64,000 bases of DNA from Balanoglossus misakiensis (lineage: Eukaryota; Animalia; Hemichordata), in contig CM082594.2 of the NCBI GenBank assembly GCA_040954595.2, positions 9,366,296 through 9,430,295 of the forward strand, in the 5' to 3' direction. A model generated the notes under the pieces. It was not told the DNA's origin. It saw only the letters and a list, made by a program, of their open reading frames with translations, and ran no database searches. Below are positions 52,501-64,000 of the stretch, piece after piece (the stretch's first letter is position 1; each line of letters starts with the position of its first letter). Both the position numbers and the translations under genes were made by a program.

Positions 52501-55500
52501 GCATTTGTGCATGCGTGATTGACTTGATACCAGATCTTAAATCACGTGATTATGCGCTCAATTGACTGGAAACCAAATAATCACGTGACTTGTATTTTAA
52601 TACAAAAGAAAAATGAGATTCGGCGAAGAGCATAGGTACGAACGAAGATAGTTTTACACAAAACTTTGTCAGTTGTGAAATACTATTTCTAAAGGATGCG
52701 ATAAAAGTTTCAATGCATTTTCTTCCGTTTTCTGTCGTCGTTTAACAGAAAGAGAGAGGGGGATATGAGAGAGAGGGAGGGGGTGGTGGAAGAGAATGGA
52801 AGATATTCCGGGAAGATAACACGTATGGATTTACAAGAAACAGTCAATCGACTTTGAAGGGATCTGTGGGGAGCTAAACTCTACACGAAATCGATTGCTA
52901 TACTTGCTTAATAAGGCCCTTTTCTAATAAATCGATCTGAGTTTATTCTGTGAAATCAATTAAATGGCCATTTAGTCATTTCGTGTACACTTTAACTTTA
53001 CAAAACCTGGGTTGTTGTGATTAGATTTGATTGGCACCGGAAGCAGACGACAATACCTTACAATGTTTCACCACTCGGAATACCGTCTATACCGTCTGTG
53101 ATCACGTGACTGCCATCGAAGGCTTTGCACCGAACTTCCTTCCACACGCCGAGTTAACGCAAATAAAACACAGGAAATTGCCACAGTTCCAAACTGTTAA
53201 CTTATTTTGCCTGTGTAGTCACTTCGTTCAGGTTGTTAAATGTGAACAAAAGAACCTTGGAAAAGGTATAGGAAAAGAAGATAAAATTCTGCTTTTTGAA
53301 AAGAGAAATAATACGGACCCACACATTCGTGAAACTACATCGTGGATTTCGTTTAGTATTACAAAGTCTAAAATGTAATTTTAAAGCAACAACAAATTGT
53401 TGAGATGCGCGAACATGGCAGAAGATCGGACGCGTTTGCGCATCCTTAAATTTAACAAAATATCCGAAACGGATGATGACGGAATTCCACATAGGTTGTA
53501 TCCGGAAGTTTCTTTTGTGCAAGCCAACACCTGCCTTCGTCGTTCTCCCGTTAACGTTTCTAAACCGCACTCTGTCTTTGAAGAGCATCGATGGAAACTC
53601 GATACACATCGTGTATCCCATGTCATGAAATCCAAAACCCTGACATAAAACACACCTTGTAAACTTCTAGTGATACCATTACCCCACGCACCCCCCACAC
53701 AGAAGGCCACGGTCGCCTGAAGACCCAGGGTTTAGATGACGTAGACGATAACTTTTCTGACAAACATCATGTCCGCGTCCGTGTTCTATCTCACGACATC
53801 AAAACTCCCTATCGTCATTTTCACGACATTGCCGATGCAAATCAGATCAAAAACCACTGTCATGTTTTTCGCCACCAGCATATTAATTTCATTAGTGGAA
53901 GGGGTAAAAATTATACAAAACATGTCACTCCGTATTGGACATAAACAGCTGCACTGACAGACGTGTTCAAAATAACACTTTTGAATTGAGATCATACTTG
54001 ATAACGCCCCACAAATGCTAAGCACTTCTTCGCTAGCTGACTGAATGCCTTTTCGCTTCAGGAATATCTTTCTAAAACTCGACTCTAAAGGATGAGCCCC
54101 TTTCTAAAAAGGCATTGACGCAAATTGTAACACTTCACGAGTTTCCTTTTCAAAATAACACTCGCCAGAAGAAACAACCCTTACTTTTTTTCTCGTCAAC
54201 ATCTGCCGACTGCCTTCAAAGTGATCATGTATTTTTTAAAGTCTTACTTGAAATTTCTATGGCAACTGCCAATTTGAAATGTTCTGGTTCTTTCGATGCG
54301 TGCCGATGCTGCATTGTGAAACGTCGGCACAGTATCAACACGCTACACTGGCCATACATAATTCAACGCACTTCACCACTGAAGCTTATGCTGTGATCAT
54401 TATCTGTAATGTCTTATCGATGACCTCTGACCCTTATCTTAGAATTACCTTTCCTGTCATCTCCCTGGTGACCTATTTCCCGTTCATCCAGATTTTTTTT
54501 CGTAAGAAGCCTTCCTTTCTGCCAATTATTCCCATATCGATCCGTTTTCATTAACTAGCGGTTCAGATGTCGGAGTCTTGCTTCGAAGAAGCACAACTTT
54601 GCATTAAGGCGCTGTCGAAACGTTTTGTTTTTGAAATCAAACTTTACGACTCCGATGAATTCAATTACTCACCACAACGACTATATTTCAAGACACTGTC
54701 TGTATCTCTTTCAAATGGAAATTTATACTAACAACGTGTAACAGTGAATGACAAACAACATCGATATCTGTTCTATTAGTAACACTAGCCCTTTATCTGA
54801 AAACTGCAAATGAATATTGACTAGATTATTTAAAGAACGCCTTTACACACACTATTTAAACTTGACGTACAAAGGTGTCACTCTTTTCATTTTGCCATTG
54901 TCACTTGGCTAGATCGAGTTATTCACAAGTTTCTATTAATGTTTGTTTTATACATTTTGTAAAGAATATTATCACGAAGAATTTTGCGTGTGTCTTCAAT
55001 AATATTTTTAAAAAGTGAATTGCCATTAATTCATAATTTTAACAGGCTATCAAAGATCGTTACACGCTTTTCAAACCTTAGCTTGCGTCATAAAATTTCA
55101 CGACAAATTCAGCTGTACTGTCGTAAAGTTGGATTTAAAAGTTAAGATCACTTGTATCGTTTTCTATAATTTCAACTATTCGACAAAAGTGCCGTTAAAT
55201 TAAATTGAATGGATGCCATAATAAAACCACAGCAGATATTTTATGGTTTGCAGTTACATATACATTTATAAATATAAATCGGTAACTTAAGACGATCTCA
55301 TCTCTTATAAAATATAAATGCTGAAGTTTCAACACTATCCCAAAAGTGCGTCACAAAAATTACATTTGATTGTAGAATTTATAAATCTAACTTTATTCTA
55401 CTAATCTTTTTAATCTAATCTTAATATAAATGCTAATATTTGCAGTTTTGGTTTCACAACTTGAGTGAACTATCAAACGACAATTAACTCTTTTTCGCCT

Positions 55501-56126
55501 CTTGAAGTCATACCTATCCCAGGTCGCAATACACACAAAAAAACACCCAAAACAAACTATTTCTCGCACACGGTGTACAGTAAAAGGGTTGTATTCTTAT
55601 GTTCCTGAAAGTAAATAAATTAAAGGTAGATATATCATCCGGGGCAGTGATATGATAGCTACGTAGAGAGGCAGCTTACCAAAATACAGAGGACTTTGCC
55701 CGAGGGGATTAGTCTGAAGAGACTCTAATATTGGGTAACCCTAAACATATTTCATGTCAACGCTAATGACAGAGACAATATGTCTTTACTTTTGAAGATA
55801 CAGTCTGCTATCAAACACAGTGGTTATTCAAAACCGCGACCATGGAAGTCCGGGGCATGCAGCTGGTTATCTTGTGTCATCGTACCCTGCCAGTGACTAG
55901 ACTGCTCAGTTTGTGACAGTATCTGTCAAATGGTCATATTTCCGCTCTTCCGAAAAATTTCCATCAGGTTGTTTTCGTCTCCGTCGCCCACGCACAACTG
56001 CCAGTTTTTCTCTTTTCTTGGGCGATTCTTAACGATGACAGGTTATCCGTATTTAAGTCGTCAGCACAATAAATTTTTGAATTTATTCCCGATGTGATTT
56101 TTGTTGTCGTTCTCGGGACGGTGGGA

Positions 56127-56156
56127 TCAACTCGGATCAACTCGGGACAACTCGGC
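56127..56156. repeat. 10-bp unit repeated three times (CAACTCGG core)
   Basis: tcaactcggatcaactcgggacaactcggc. Confidence 0.8.
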
Positions 56157-59100
56157 ATGACGGCCAGAATTCCCGGAAACGACCGTCTTTGCGTTTATTT
56201 TCGCGTTTGACAAGAAAAATTGATAATAAGATGGCGGATGCCATGGTGATTGATTTCTGGACGTAACGTTAATCACAACTTCCCGGAAAACATCTGCCTC
56301 TCACGACCACAAAGCAAATTCCTGACTGTCCTCGAAGTGCGATTGACTCAGAGTGTCTTGAACTCTGGTTTAGTTCGCGTTGCACTTTTACGAGCTCCAA
56401 ATCGCTTGAAAAAAAGGAAATTCTGGTATTTCGGCATAGACGACCAGGGTCGTGATGATTGAGATATTTGTTTGATGCTCAAGCTCTGTAGATGTAAAGC
56501 CGAATCATTACACGACACTGATGTGCGTAGAAAGTCCGCGTGAATGCAATGGGGGGCGTGTTTGTCTAGTTTGCCGGCACTACTTTGTCAAAGAGAAAAT
56601 CGTGACTGTTTAGATGAATGAGAGCCCATACATAAATGATCATGGGGTGAACATTATGTATTTATATTTTAAACTTGCACTTTTAGTTGTAATGGAAAGC
56701 CGGCTGCATCAGTTCTACAATCTACTAGTATACTTCCACAGAAACAAGTATGGTATTTAGCAAAAAACATATCGCAAACGTACATAGTGGGGTCTCTGTT
56801 GTCGTGTCAAAAAGGGTAGAAAAAATAAAATATTCAAAAGTGATACTCCATGTATAACACGAGTGTTCCTTTCGCTCTTCCTGCACATCATCTACACGCA
56901 TCAGTGGATTTTCAATGATTTCACGTCTACTGACACGCCACTTTATTGATATATCCCATAATAATTTTGGATGATGACTAAACCTCTACCCACATTCACA
57001 AGTTGAATCAATTTATTTGTCGTTTTCCTTTCGCTGTACACAATCGACAGTCTTTCGTAATCTTGTGGCATCACGTGACATATTCCGACATATTCTGTTA
57101 GCAGAACTAGGATGCAGACTATCTTATTTTCATGATAGTCTGAATCATGAATACCTCAATATTGCCGCCTGTGTATGTTTGACGACGCCAGGTGGGAGGT
57201 AGTGAAGAACAAATGTTGCAGATTGGGACGAAATTCACAATGAAGCAGATAAATATTTGGACCAAACTCGAAACGAGGCGTTTGTATCACCAGGTGAACG
57301 ACTGGTTCTGATTGTCGTGTCCTTTGTCAGAGACATTATCACCGTGGGAAGATTTATTGAGAATATTAAGAATGGCGACCGAAGAACAGTTTACGTTGAT
57401 TCACTCATTTAAGCCTACCCAATCAATACGCGACAAATTCACCGGAAATGTGTGACTAACAATGACGGATACAATGCCGTTTTTACGCACTAATTCTCGC
57501 CACATGTCGGTATGGGCTAAACTTCCCACCTTCGAGAGAGAACTCAATCTGAGCTTAAATTCCGCATGCAGTAACATTAAAACAACTAATGTTTCTTCTA
57601 TTAAAACGTTCCAATTTTGAACAAAACACGAAATATACCTTATGTTGCCACTGAGTGCAACTGACACAAATGAAGATTGATATCAATCTAGCAAAACCCG
57701 CAACAACCCGGGGAAAATTACAAATGGTGTTTCAAAACAAAGTAGAAGCCGACCCTATCACCAAATTAGTTTTCAACGCACCTTGCAGTCAAGTGCAATC
57801 GTGACTATCTCAGTGCGATGTACCAACTGAAGTGGTGAAAGTTAACTCGAGGAAATTAGAGGAATACGGCAATATATGTGTCTCGAGAATAAAGTGATAG
57901 GTAGAAACATTTAATATTATCTATCATGTATTTCTTATTTGTCTACAATCATTGTCATCGCCAATAGACTATAATTAATCGACGACGCCAACTAATTTGC
58001 ATAATTGAGTGATACATCTGGTGTGCGCAGTTCGATACATCATTGAAGTACGTGAAAGGAAAACTGATTTACTTCAACCGGGTCGGCATTAATGTCAAAC
58101 TGCAGTTCCTGCGTTTATTATAAATCTATAAATAAAATCTCTTGAAACGAACGTTAGCTTCTCGCGTGATTTTTGCACGCCACGGAGCAATACTCTAGTG
58201 AATGTATTGGTGTTCCAAACGCCAAAAAACGCCGGTTCTGTGTCATGACCGATGTGGCTAGCGGCGTCTAATTGCTTTAGTGTATCGCATTTGCCATCAT
58301 CTGGTTGACACTACTCTCATACAGCATGCCGATACAAGTTGTGCGTGCGACAAAATCTAGCCTTGTGGAGTAGTAGTCATAGGCACCGCGGCAAATCGCC
58401 GTTTTTCTCTTGCAGTTTTCCCGCCTCCATATTTCGAACGGTCGCATCGCTGCAGAGGAGGAGGGGAAAGTGAGTCATATTCGGTATCGGGCGTCATTCT
58501 CTCCAAGCCTCACATGCTCAATTTGAAGAAGTGTGGCGCCCATAGTAACGGAGGAATTGTGGCACAAAGACACGGCGAGGACAAGACCATGGGCGATGTA
58601 TGCACTTCCTGTCTATGTGAGTATTCGCCTTCATCTTCACATTTTTTCATAACTTCAGTGTCAAGCGCACCAATCGATAACAGAATTTGTCGCATTCCTT
58701 TCCATTCAATTTTTGGTCGATGCTTCAAAGCTCTCGACTGGAAGCTAGTGGACTGACACGGCGCTTGGTACCGCCGACGATGCCACAGATGATACAGAAT
58801 TAAAAGCGGCGCGTATTTCGCGAGGGGCATGTGATCGGAAATGGTCTTGTGGGAGATTTCGCCCACAAAACTACACGAACGAACAGGTATCAACTTGAAC
58901 CTGGAGGAAACCCGAATTGTAAACATACCGCTCAGAGAATAGCATGCAAACTAGTTGTTACCGCGTCCGGACGAGCAAATGATGTGCCAGTTATTTTCAA
59001 ATATGAATCATGATGCGGCAATGCACTTTATAAGTATATTTTACTATTATCATATGATATCATATCAGGGTGCAGAAGACACAGTTTCTATGACAACGAG

Positions 59101-62100
59101 GACATTGAATGGACCGCGACACTCGCACAGCATTTTTTTATTTCAGACGTCGCCGTGGTCGTTGAAGGAAGTAATCGGTCGTATGTTCGATTGGACGGCT
59201 TATGAAACTTGCCTGGAAATTCTGTCATTTGGCCACGACCATTCATAAATGTCACTTTCGATTTCGTATCTACAGCTAATCAGGCAAATGTCGCGATAGT
59301 GCGCCTGTAGTCTGCAACCATCTAACGACGTTATCGCTGACATTTTGTTTTATTCCGACACAAAAAATCGAAGCACAGCATTCTAATAAAATTGTTTCTC
59401 GTTTTATGATTTGATCCTTCGCAAGGAGAAAAGTAAGAAATCATATTTTACATGTGAACGAGGCGCGTTATCGAGATCCATCGAACATACGTTTTCCACG
59501 GTGAGTGAACTAATGCATTCATGCATGGTTGAGTTTCAAGCCTAATTTATTGCATCTTGCCCAACAACTTGCCTGATACACTGATGAGTTTTAAACAACT
59601 GGTGTAGAGAGATACCAAAACCGCAACCTCAGTTGAAGAATCACTTTTAAACGGTTTACAGAACAGCTTTGGTTGTGTGCTAGATGTTGCAGAAAAAAAG
59701 AGGCAATAAAATTGTTGATTTACTGTTACTGGTTTACAGTTAACAAACAAGTTCCACATGGACAGTCACTGTGTGTGAATTCCCCTGTGACACCGACTGA
59801 AAAGACCCATCCGCCCGCTGCGGCTGATATGAACCGCGTTAGAAGAAGAATACTTTCCGCTGAATCAAATCGCAGCATTTCAGTCTCGCTTTGACTCCAC
59901 GCTCTCTGCGTTCACATATCCGCCAACCTTCATTATTTGTACTCATAAAAAATACCGACAAAATGTCAAATATATTGAACTGCAGAAAGTAAGTATACTT
60001 TGCCCTCCACAAGAAATAAATGCAAAATACGTGCAGTCCTGACGGAATCGATAAACCACTCGTTTCTGTGTCTCTGCATGTCCTTCAATTGACAACATTC
60101 CAATAGTCAGCAGTGCAGAATTTCGTAAACCTAGGGGGTTTATGCGGTTATCGTCTGCACTTTTATGTACAGGTGTATCCAACGGTAAGAATTTCACTTA
60201 ACATTGAAGACTTAAAGCCCCAGTGGCTATACCTCATCATTATTGTTTCACCGAGATACGCAATTTCAATGACAGTTCTCCAGTTATCCCTTTAAGCAAT
60301 ATCAACCGTATAGCTTAGGTGGCTATCAGCTGGCAAAAACCTTGACATTTCCACCAACATGTAATTTCACATTTTAATCGTTATTTTTACAACTCCCGTA
60401 ATTTTGACACATTATGGATCAAAAACACTTTTCAGCATATTTAGTAAGGCATAAAGAAGACCCAAAGCTATTATGATGTTTACAAGTTCAGGCAACATAG
60501 AATTATTATAAACAGTTTAACACGCACAAATTTCGTCGTCTGCGGCCAAACCAATCTTCCTTCACCAAGAGGCAATTCGACATTCACGCCAATAAAGAAA
60601 TAATCAAATAAAACCCAGCGATGTGCAATTCTGATTTTGCCCACTAATTTTCCATGGAACGATCGGTTTAAGGAGAATTTGCGAAACTTCAACGAATCTA
60701 TGATTGTAAAAGTTTTATGGCGTACATGTTAACATGATGAGTGGGGGTTTGGAAAGATGCTGAATTAAACATCAATCGGAATGTTCCATCACTATGACCT
60801 GCCTTGGAAATGGAACCGAGAAAAGCCGCGGCTCCTCCCATCCATTTTGAGAGGAAATGAGAGACGTTTTCAAGCAGCTTGTCGCCACCATGTCGTCGAT
60901 TATTGACAATACAGTCAGGAAGTTCTCCAAGACTTCTTACATGTTCTGATTTTTGAATAGAGATGTGATATTCATTGTTAAAAGCAATTATTTTTAGAAG
61001 ACCTGAAGGATTTTTGCATTATTTCATAACGCTGATTTTGTTATTTTATCAAACTTCGAAGTTTGATGTTTGTTTCTACATACATTTTAAGCTTTATTTT
61101 GATTGGTTCATTCACGTCATCTATTGACCAATTACAACTCACAGGATGTCGTTCATCTATTAACGTGAAGTGAAAGATTGAAAAGGTCGGAATATATCAA
61201 TATGAAAGTATTTGTAACACCAACTCAGAAATCTTTACATGGTCAATAACACTGTTTTGACACTTCGTGAGTATCGCAGTTCAGTGTTTCTCTACCTACG
61301 ACTTTATGGCGAGCGTAAAAGCTGTACACGCAACTGCGTCAGACCGTTTGCCGCACTGTCATTGGTCAATTATCGGTTCAAAATCCTGAATTCTTTCGCT
61401 CTTGAAAATGTTAAGACTTTAATATGTCTCTAAAATGTCGCTGACGACACGGAATTGCGTCGTACACGTTTAATTTGCCACAATATTCTTCACTGTACAT
61501 CGTCGGATTTTAACTTCATAGAAAAACCCAATATTTACCCGTGTGGTCGTGTTTTATGGCCATTACCGCTTTCCAGCAACATACGCTTTAATTGAATGTC
61601 GATGGTGTTATGGTCAGGAGAAGCGATCACATTAAGCTGTTCCAAATTACATCGGTAACGTTTTCGATTACCTCTGATAATTCGAGCAATTCACGGGAGG
61701 AGCGAATCGGTATAGAACAGAATCACACGAGATTACGGGCATCGTTAAATTTTTAGTCGGCTCTTGCAAACCTACACGGAAAACCTCATTAATCGATCTT
61801 TACGAGAGAGGGGCAAACCATTTCAACCGTTGGATAATTGTGAAATATTACGATTACGGATAATTTTCTTCGGAATCGAAGAAATCGTGCCCACAAGATA
61901 CAAGATATTGTTTGAAAATTGCGATGTATTCAGCGCCCGAATGTGTCTATTATAATATGAAAAACTTACAAGTAACTTAATGTACAGGACCTGAATAATT
62001 AATCAGTGCTTGGATCCACTCTATAGAAAATTCATTAGAAAACTCCGCTTTTAAAATCCCATCTCCCATTCGAAAATGTAAAATGCAACCCTATCTGACA

Positions 62101-63829
62101 TTTCTAGAAACGTCATAAAGAAATTAACAGAAATTGAATTTTTATTATTAATACGTCATAATTTTTATTCTTTCAATTCGTGGAAACGATTCCACCATGT
62201 ATCACGACGTCTGAATTTACATCGAATATGCTTTTCAATTTATAGCCAATACATTTGTCCCTTCCGCGGATGTTATCAGTTGTAAGAAAAAAGAAATGAG
62301 AAATTCAATTTGGTGTTATGACCCTCCTGAAGTAGCGCCACAAATCGACAACACGAAAGCAATATGTCATGGGTCCTTGACAGACCAATGGCAACAATCA
62401 GCGAAAATGACACGCCGCGTTTGTTGGATTGGCTTTCTGGGAGAAACATCGATTTCTTCAGCGCTGAACACGGACAATATAGTCATTGATTACTAGACGT
62501 TGATCAACTTACTGAGAACCATCAAATAATATGAGTTATTATAATGGTCCAGAATTTCAAATCAGCATGGTGCAGACACAAGACTGCGTAAATAACTTCA
62601 GAATGACGGTTATATTGTTGAAGAATCATTTGCGCAAAGGTCAGGCAAATTTGCTCGTCATTTCCTGATGACTGGCTCCCGCTGTGACGTCACGCCCTAA
62701 CCTGACAAGCAAGTGCGGGCATGTGGCTAAGCGCTGTCAATGTATGGGTCAACAATGTCTGATCAGTAATGGGGGATTGGTGAGCAGAGAAACAACCAAC
62801 AAAAGTTACTTTTGAACGCGCTGAGTCAAATTTGTAATAACTTAATTTTCGGTTCTTGATTTCCGGAGCATCAAGACCTCTTGCTATTCATTGTTCCATG
62901 GAGATTGGAACACATGTAACCTCTTTTCTTCACATCTCGTCTTGTCGTCGCGAAACACGTTATTATTGTAGTACATCACACTTTTAAAAAAAACTAAGAT
63001 AATACAATCTACTTTACTCAGTTCAGCGAAGCAATTTCTCTCCGATTTACTTTCTCCTCAACTAAAGTAAATCAAAGGAACATCTGCCTCTTGTCTGCAA
63101 AGATTTGTATTGAGTGAACGTTGCCTGGGGCAACCACGACCAATTGAATCTCGGGAGACAAACCCGGCGACAAGGTAATGCATTTATCGGCGTTCCCGGG
63201 ATTCAAAACGTTTACATGTTTCAGCTTTCAGTAAATGTCCCCGCAGACGAACAAATCGTCTATGATCACCGAGCTGGCTTCAAAACAGAAGTATTTGCAA
63301 TCTTTCCAAATCTGCCGTATTGGCAGTATGTGGCCCATCGAACAGGTTACTTCTACCCTCCCTTGAACAGCACTGGATTGTGACTGTTAATTCTCAAACG
63401 ACTCGTATCGGGGCATCGGTGCGTAAAGATGGACAGGGTTTTGATCATAGAACATAAGCATGGCGAATAATCACATCAAATATTACCTAGGTATCCCTAC
63501 ATGCGATGATGTAACTTGTTTTCCATGTGAAGAAATCTCTTAATGCGATCTAACGAGGAATTCTTTGCTAGATTATTAAGTTATCCTTACTCTCTTTGTA
63601 CACAATTACTCATTTAAGAGTCGGAATAATTACACTCATCATTGTTACGATGCAATAGTTACTTGATATGGCGACTTGGCGAGCGATCAAAGTTGACTTA
63701 TAAATGGAAAATTCCAATCCCCTTGGTTTCTGTTTAACTTTGAAGTACAGGATTTGACAAGGGGGTTCAAGTTGTTGAGAGATCACGCATTGTTCAGTTT
63801 CTTTACATCCATTCCTATTTGCGTGTTTT

Positions 63830-64000
63830 TTAGTCACGTGACCAAGGCCACATCTGGTCAGTGACCAGTATTGTTCGCGCAATTTCAGTGGGCCAATCAG
63901 ACAACCCTGGCCACGTGCCCAGTGTCTTCTTCACACGTAACACGCGTTGTTACACGAACAAGTTTGGAAACGAGACACACGTCACGTCAAAACTACTTCG
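63830..64000. promoter_or_regulatory. Promoter-like motif cluster at the right edge (gene probably outside the window)
   Basis: GTCACGTGAC at 63833-63842, IR1 palindrome TGGTCA-G-TGACCA at 63855-63867, CCAAT at 63893, CACGTG at 63912 and GTCACGTCA near 63981. Confidence 0.45.

Noticed and set aside
55736-55744. TAACCCTAA, a telomerase-template-like 9-mer
   Set aside because: One occurrence is expected by chance in 64 kb, and no pseudoknot or H/ACA context is evident.
58339-58352. TTGTGCGTGCGACA resembles the 5' part of invertebrate miR-210
   Set aside because: The 3' part diverges and there is no complementary 5p arm forming a pre-miRNA stem. The surrounding fold is only a loose multi-branch structure.
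58510-58926. 138-aa minus-strand ORF
   Set aside because: No recognisable domain or splice context, and the composition looks random.
63893-63915. CCAAT...CCACG as an ER-stress element (ERSE)
   Set aside because: The spacer is 13 nt, not the required 9.

Overview
Eukaryotic, intron-containing genomic DNA from an animal. The vertebrate-like orthologues, short GT-AG introns and retained CpG suggest an invertebrate deuterostome or similar; the taxon is an inference. By joining exons manually I could build 11 spliced protein-coding genes. In order they are: a 355-aa secreted Cys-rich Dickkopf/prokineticin(colipase-fold)-like protein (-), METAP1D (-), an unusual SPMAP1/C17orf98 paralogue with a tandemly duplicated core motif (-), CNBD2-like with several candidate alternative first exons (+), CCDC12 (-), CDK2 (+), MRPL32 (-), PSMA2 (+), SPMAP1/C17orf98 (+), NIFK (-) and MDH1B (+). 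Eight of these form four head-to-head pairs, and ciliary/sperm-axoneme genes with RFX X-box-like sites are interleaved with housekeeping genes. The window also holds a 1.8-kb TIR-bounded non-autonomous DNA transposon, a 91-bp hairpin MITE, microsatellites and probable 5' exons of a gene running off the left edge. The right-hand ~14 kb is gene-poor and rich in E-box, CRE, STAT and AP-1 motifs. Most short ORFs in the supplied track are spurious or are exon fragments. I found no tRNA, rRNA, CRISPR array or prokaryotic system. Gene names come from recognising remembered protein motifs, not from a database search.
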